A DNA stretch of 64,000 nt from Armatimonadota bacterium (GTDB lineage Bacteria; Armatimonadota; SYMT01). The stretch is from positions 1,104,342 to 1,168,341 of the forward strand of contig JAWLHY010000002.1 in the NCBI GenBank assembly GCA_041690135.1, written 5' to 3'. Below are positions 61,897 to 64,000 of the stretch, in pieces. The notes beneath the pieces were generated by a model, which worked only from the letters and a program-made list of their open reading frames with translations, did not search any database and had not been told where the DNA came from. Position 1 is the stretch's first letter; the number at the start of each line of letters is the position of its first letter. The position numbers and the translations under genes were made by a program.

Positions 61897-62964
61897 ATGC
61901 AGGAACGCGACACCCGGAGCCATACCCCGGCCGGGGCCGGTCTGGCGATGGCGGCGGCGGCCCTCTTCGGCGCCAGCACCCCCTTCGCCAAGCTCCTGTT
62001 GGGGCAGTTGCCGCCGGTGCTGCTGGCGGGCCTCCTCTACTTGGGTTCGGGAGTGGGCCTGACGCTCCTCTACCTCGTCCGCCGCAAGGCTTCGGCGGAG
62101 GCGCCCCTGGTGCGCGCCGACCTGCCCTGGCTGGCCGGCGCCACGCTCTTCGGCGGAATGCTGGGCCCGGTGCTGCTGATGCTCGGGCTCAGCACGACGC
62201 CCGCTTCGACCGCCTCGCTGCTGCTCAATCTCGAGGGAGTCTTCACCGCGCTGCTGGCGTGGTTCGCCTTCAAAGAGAACTTCGACCGGCGGATCTTTCT
62301 CGGGATGGTGGCGATCCTGGCCGGAGGAGTGATCCTGTCCTGGCAAAGTTCAGGGCCGCTGACCCTGCCGATCGGCGCCCTGGCCGTGGCGGGGGCCTGC
62401 CTCTGCTGGGGTATCGACAACAACCTCACCCAGAAGGTCTCGGCCGGAGACCCGGTGCAGGTCACGGCCATCAAGGGCGCCGTGGCCGGCAGCGTGAACC
62501 TGGCCATCGCCCTGCTGATGGGAGCGAAGCTGCCGGGGATGCCGGCCCTGGCCGGTTCACTGGTGGTCGGTTTCCTCGGGTACGGCTGCAGCCTGGTGCT
62601 GTTCGTGCTCGCCCTGCGGCATATCGGCACGGCCCGGACCGGGGCATACTTCTCCCTGGCGCCGTTCGTGGGGGCGGTGGTCTCCATCGTCCTGCTGGCG
62701 GAACCGGTGGGGGCGCGGTTTGTGGCCGCCGCGGCCTTGATGGGGGTGGGCGTGTGGCTTCACCTGACGGAGCGGCACGAACACGAGCACACTCACGAAC
62801 GCCTGGAGCACTCGCACCGGCACGTCCACGACCTCCATCACCAGCACGAGCACCCGCCCGGCGCGGACCTCCGGGAGCCGCATACCCATCCCCATGTGCA
62901 CGAGCCGCTGACGCACACCCATCCGCACTACCCGGACATTCACCACCGCCACGAGCACGGTTAA
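61897..62964 (+). CDS. DMT/EamA transporter with a His-rich C-terminal tail
   Basis: Two EamA repeats (LFGASTP, WGIDNNLT); 24 His in the last 67 residues. Confidence 0.9.
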   Translation: MQERDTRSHTPAGAGLAMAAAALFGASTPFAKLLLGQLPPVLLAGLLYLGSGVGLTLLYLVRRKASAEAPLVRADLPWLAGATLFGGMLGPVLLMLGLSTTPASTASLLLNLEGVFTALLAWFAFKENFDRRIFLGMVAILAGGVILSWQSSGPLTLPIGALAVAGACLCWGIDNNLTQKVSAGDPVQVTAIKGAVAGSVNLAIALLMGAKLPGMPALAGSLVVGFLGYGCSLVLFVLALRHIGTARTGAYFSLAPFVGAVVSIVLLAEPVGARFVAAAALMGVGVWLHLTERHEHEHTHERLEHSHRHVHDLHHQHEHPPGADLREPHTHPHVHEPLTHTHPHYPDIHHRHEHG

Positions 62965-63176
62965 CGGATGCTTCCAGCTTCTCGATGGCGAGGCGTTGAT
63001 GCTCCGCAAAGCGGTCGGCGGGCCAGAGGTCACCCAGAGCGTCCTGGTCGGCGGCTGCGAGCCGACCCTACTCGCCAGCTACCGTAGAGCACTTCGATGG
63101 GAGCTCGATCCGGCATTCTGCTTCCCGCCGTTCTCCGACTGCTCCTACGGCAAGGATCAGGCGCCGGGCCCAATTG

Positions 63177-63716
63177 TTAACGCTGCGCCGGCATGTGGAT
63201 GAGGAACTCCTTCTGGTACTTGAGCGGACGGGAGACACAGGCGTAAGTAGCCGTGAGAACCGCGAAGCGGTCGACGCTGCTCCTCCCCTGGAATCTAACG
63301 ATCCATCGGGGGTCACCGTCGCTATCGTAGTAACGCACGGAAGCCGCTCCCCCGCGGCTCCTGGGTGCACGTCGGACTTTGAGCTGCAGTGCCGGTCTCT
63401 CGGCCGAGACATTCACGTAGTTAAGCCCCTCCGCACCCGGGATTACCGCGTACACATGGAAGCTGGCTGTCCCATCCGCCGCCGCGCTTCCCGACTCTCG
63501 GAAGATCCTTTCCGCTGGTGGCACTCCGTCGTTCCTTAAATCCAGCGCCAGCCAGCGCAGGTCGCCGCAGGCTCTTGGGTTAGCTACTCCCCGCACTTGC
63601 GCTTGTGGGCCAGGTGCTGGCGTCCCATCCTGGAAACCCAACGCAGGGCTGAGGCCATTAGATAGAAGTATTGCTGTCGCGAGAGACCACGCGCACAGTT
63701 GAAGCTGCTTTCTCAT
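63177..63716 (-). CDS. Secreted hypothetical protein
   Basis: GGAGG RBS; signal-like MRKQLQLCAWSLATAILLS. Confidence 0.55.
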   Translation of the reverse strand: MRKQLQLCAWSLATAILLSNGLSPALGFQDGTPAPGPQAQVRGVANPRACGDLRWLALDLRNDGVPPAERIFRESGSAAADGTASFHVYAVIPGAEGLNYVNVSAERPALQLKVRRAPRSRGGAASVRYYDSDGDPRWIVRFQGRSSVDRFAVLTATYACVSRPLKYQKEFLIHMPAQR

Positions 63717-63942
63717 ATCAACCTCCCGCTCGAGCTCGCTTCTGCCAGGAAATGCGCGGGCCGGCGGTTGGGTCGTCATCGCGGCCGCATATACGGATGT
63801 CGGTTGGTCGTTTATTGAAAGACATACGACGCTAAGGAGGCTCTGGTGGTGTCAACCCGGATCTGGTGAAACGGGTCGTTTGCTCACTGATCAACCCAGC
63901 GGCTCCCCGGCGGGCGGGACGCGCGCGCTCCGTACGCTCGCC

Positions 63943-64000
63943 TCAACGTTTGAAGCACACGTCCTCTAGGACGCCCCAGATGACGAAGATCAGCACGAAC
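63943..64000 (-). CDS. Possible 3' end of a membrane protein entering from the right edge
   Basis: Reads FVLIFVIWGVLEDVCFKR*. Confidence 0.3.
   Translation of the reverse strand, partial: FVLIFVIWGVLEDVCFKR

Overview
GC-rich bacterial chromosomal window with about 50 densely packed CDS and no rRNA, tRNA, CRISPR array or intact transposase that I can support. Two DUF1559-type prepilin/H-X9-DG proteins, two DUF1501 proteins and a PSD1/planctomycete cytochrome c protein suggest an Armatimonadota/PVC-like organism (inference). Main content: a type IV toxin-antitoxin pair (AbiEi/AbiEii) with a 24-bp inverted-repeat operator; a GH44 glucanase with five tandem Trp-rich domains; general-stress genes (BON, PRT, dienelactone hydrolase-like, Fpg); two multi-PAS hybrid kinases; ilvD; a 7-gene beta-propeller + ubiquitin-like (ThiS/MoaD) + DGPF/YciI operon behind an ECF42-type promoter; an ECF sigma with an 888-aa zinc-finger anti-sigma carrying secretin/STN-like domains; and a BlaI + BlaR1-like M56 peptidase unit in front of an unusual CzcCBA-type efflux system and a His-tailed DMT transporter. 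Intergenic DNA holds several dispersed repeat families, including a ~0.55-0.65 kb composite element present twice in opposite orientation, and some repeat units lie in frame inside genes. Several gene remnants are visible (FKBP, YdeI/OmpD-associated, NhaP-like antiporter). All family calls come from motifs recognised by eye; no database searches were run.
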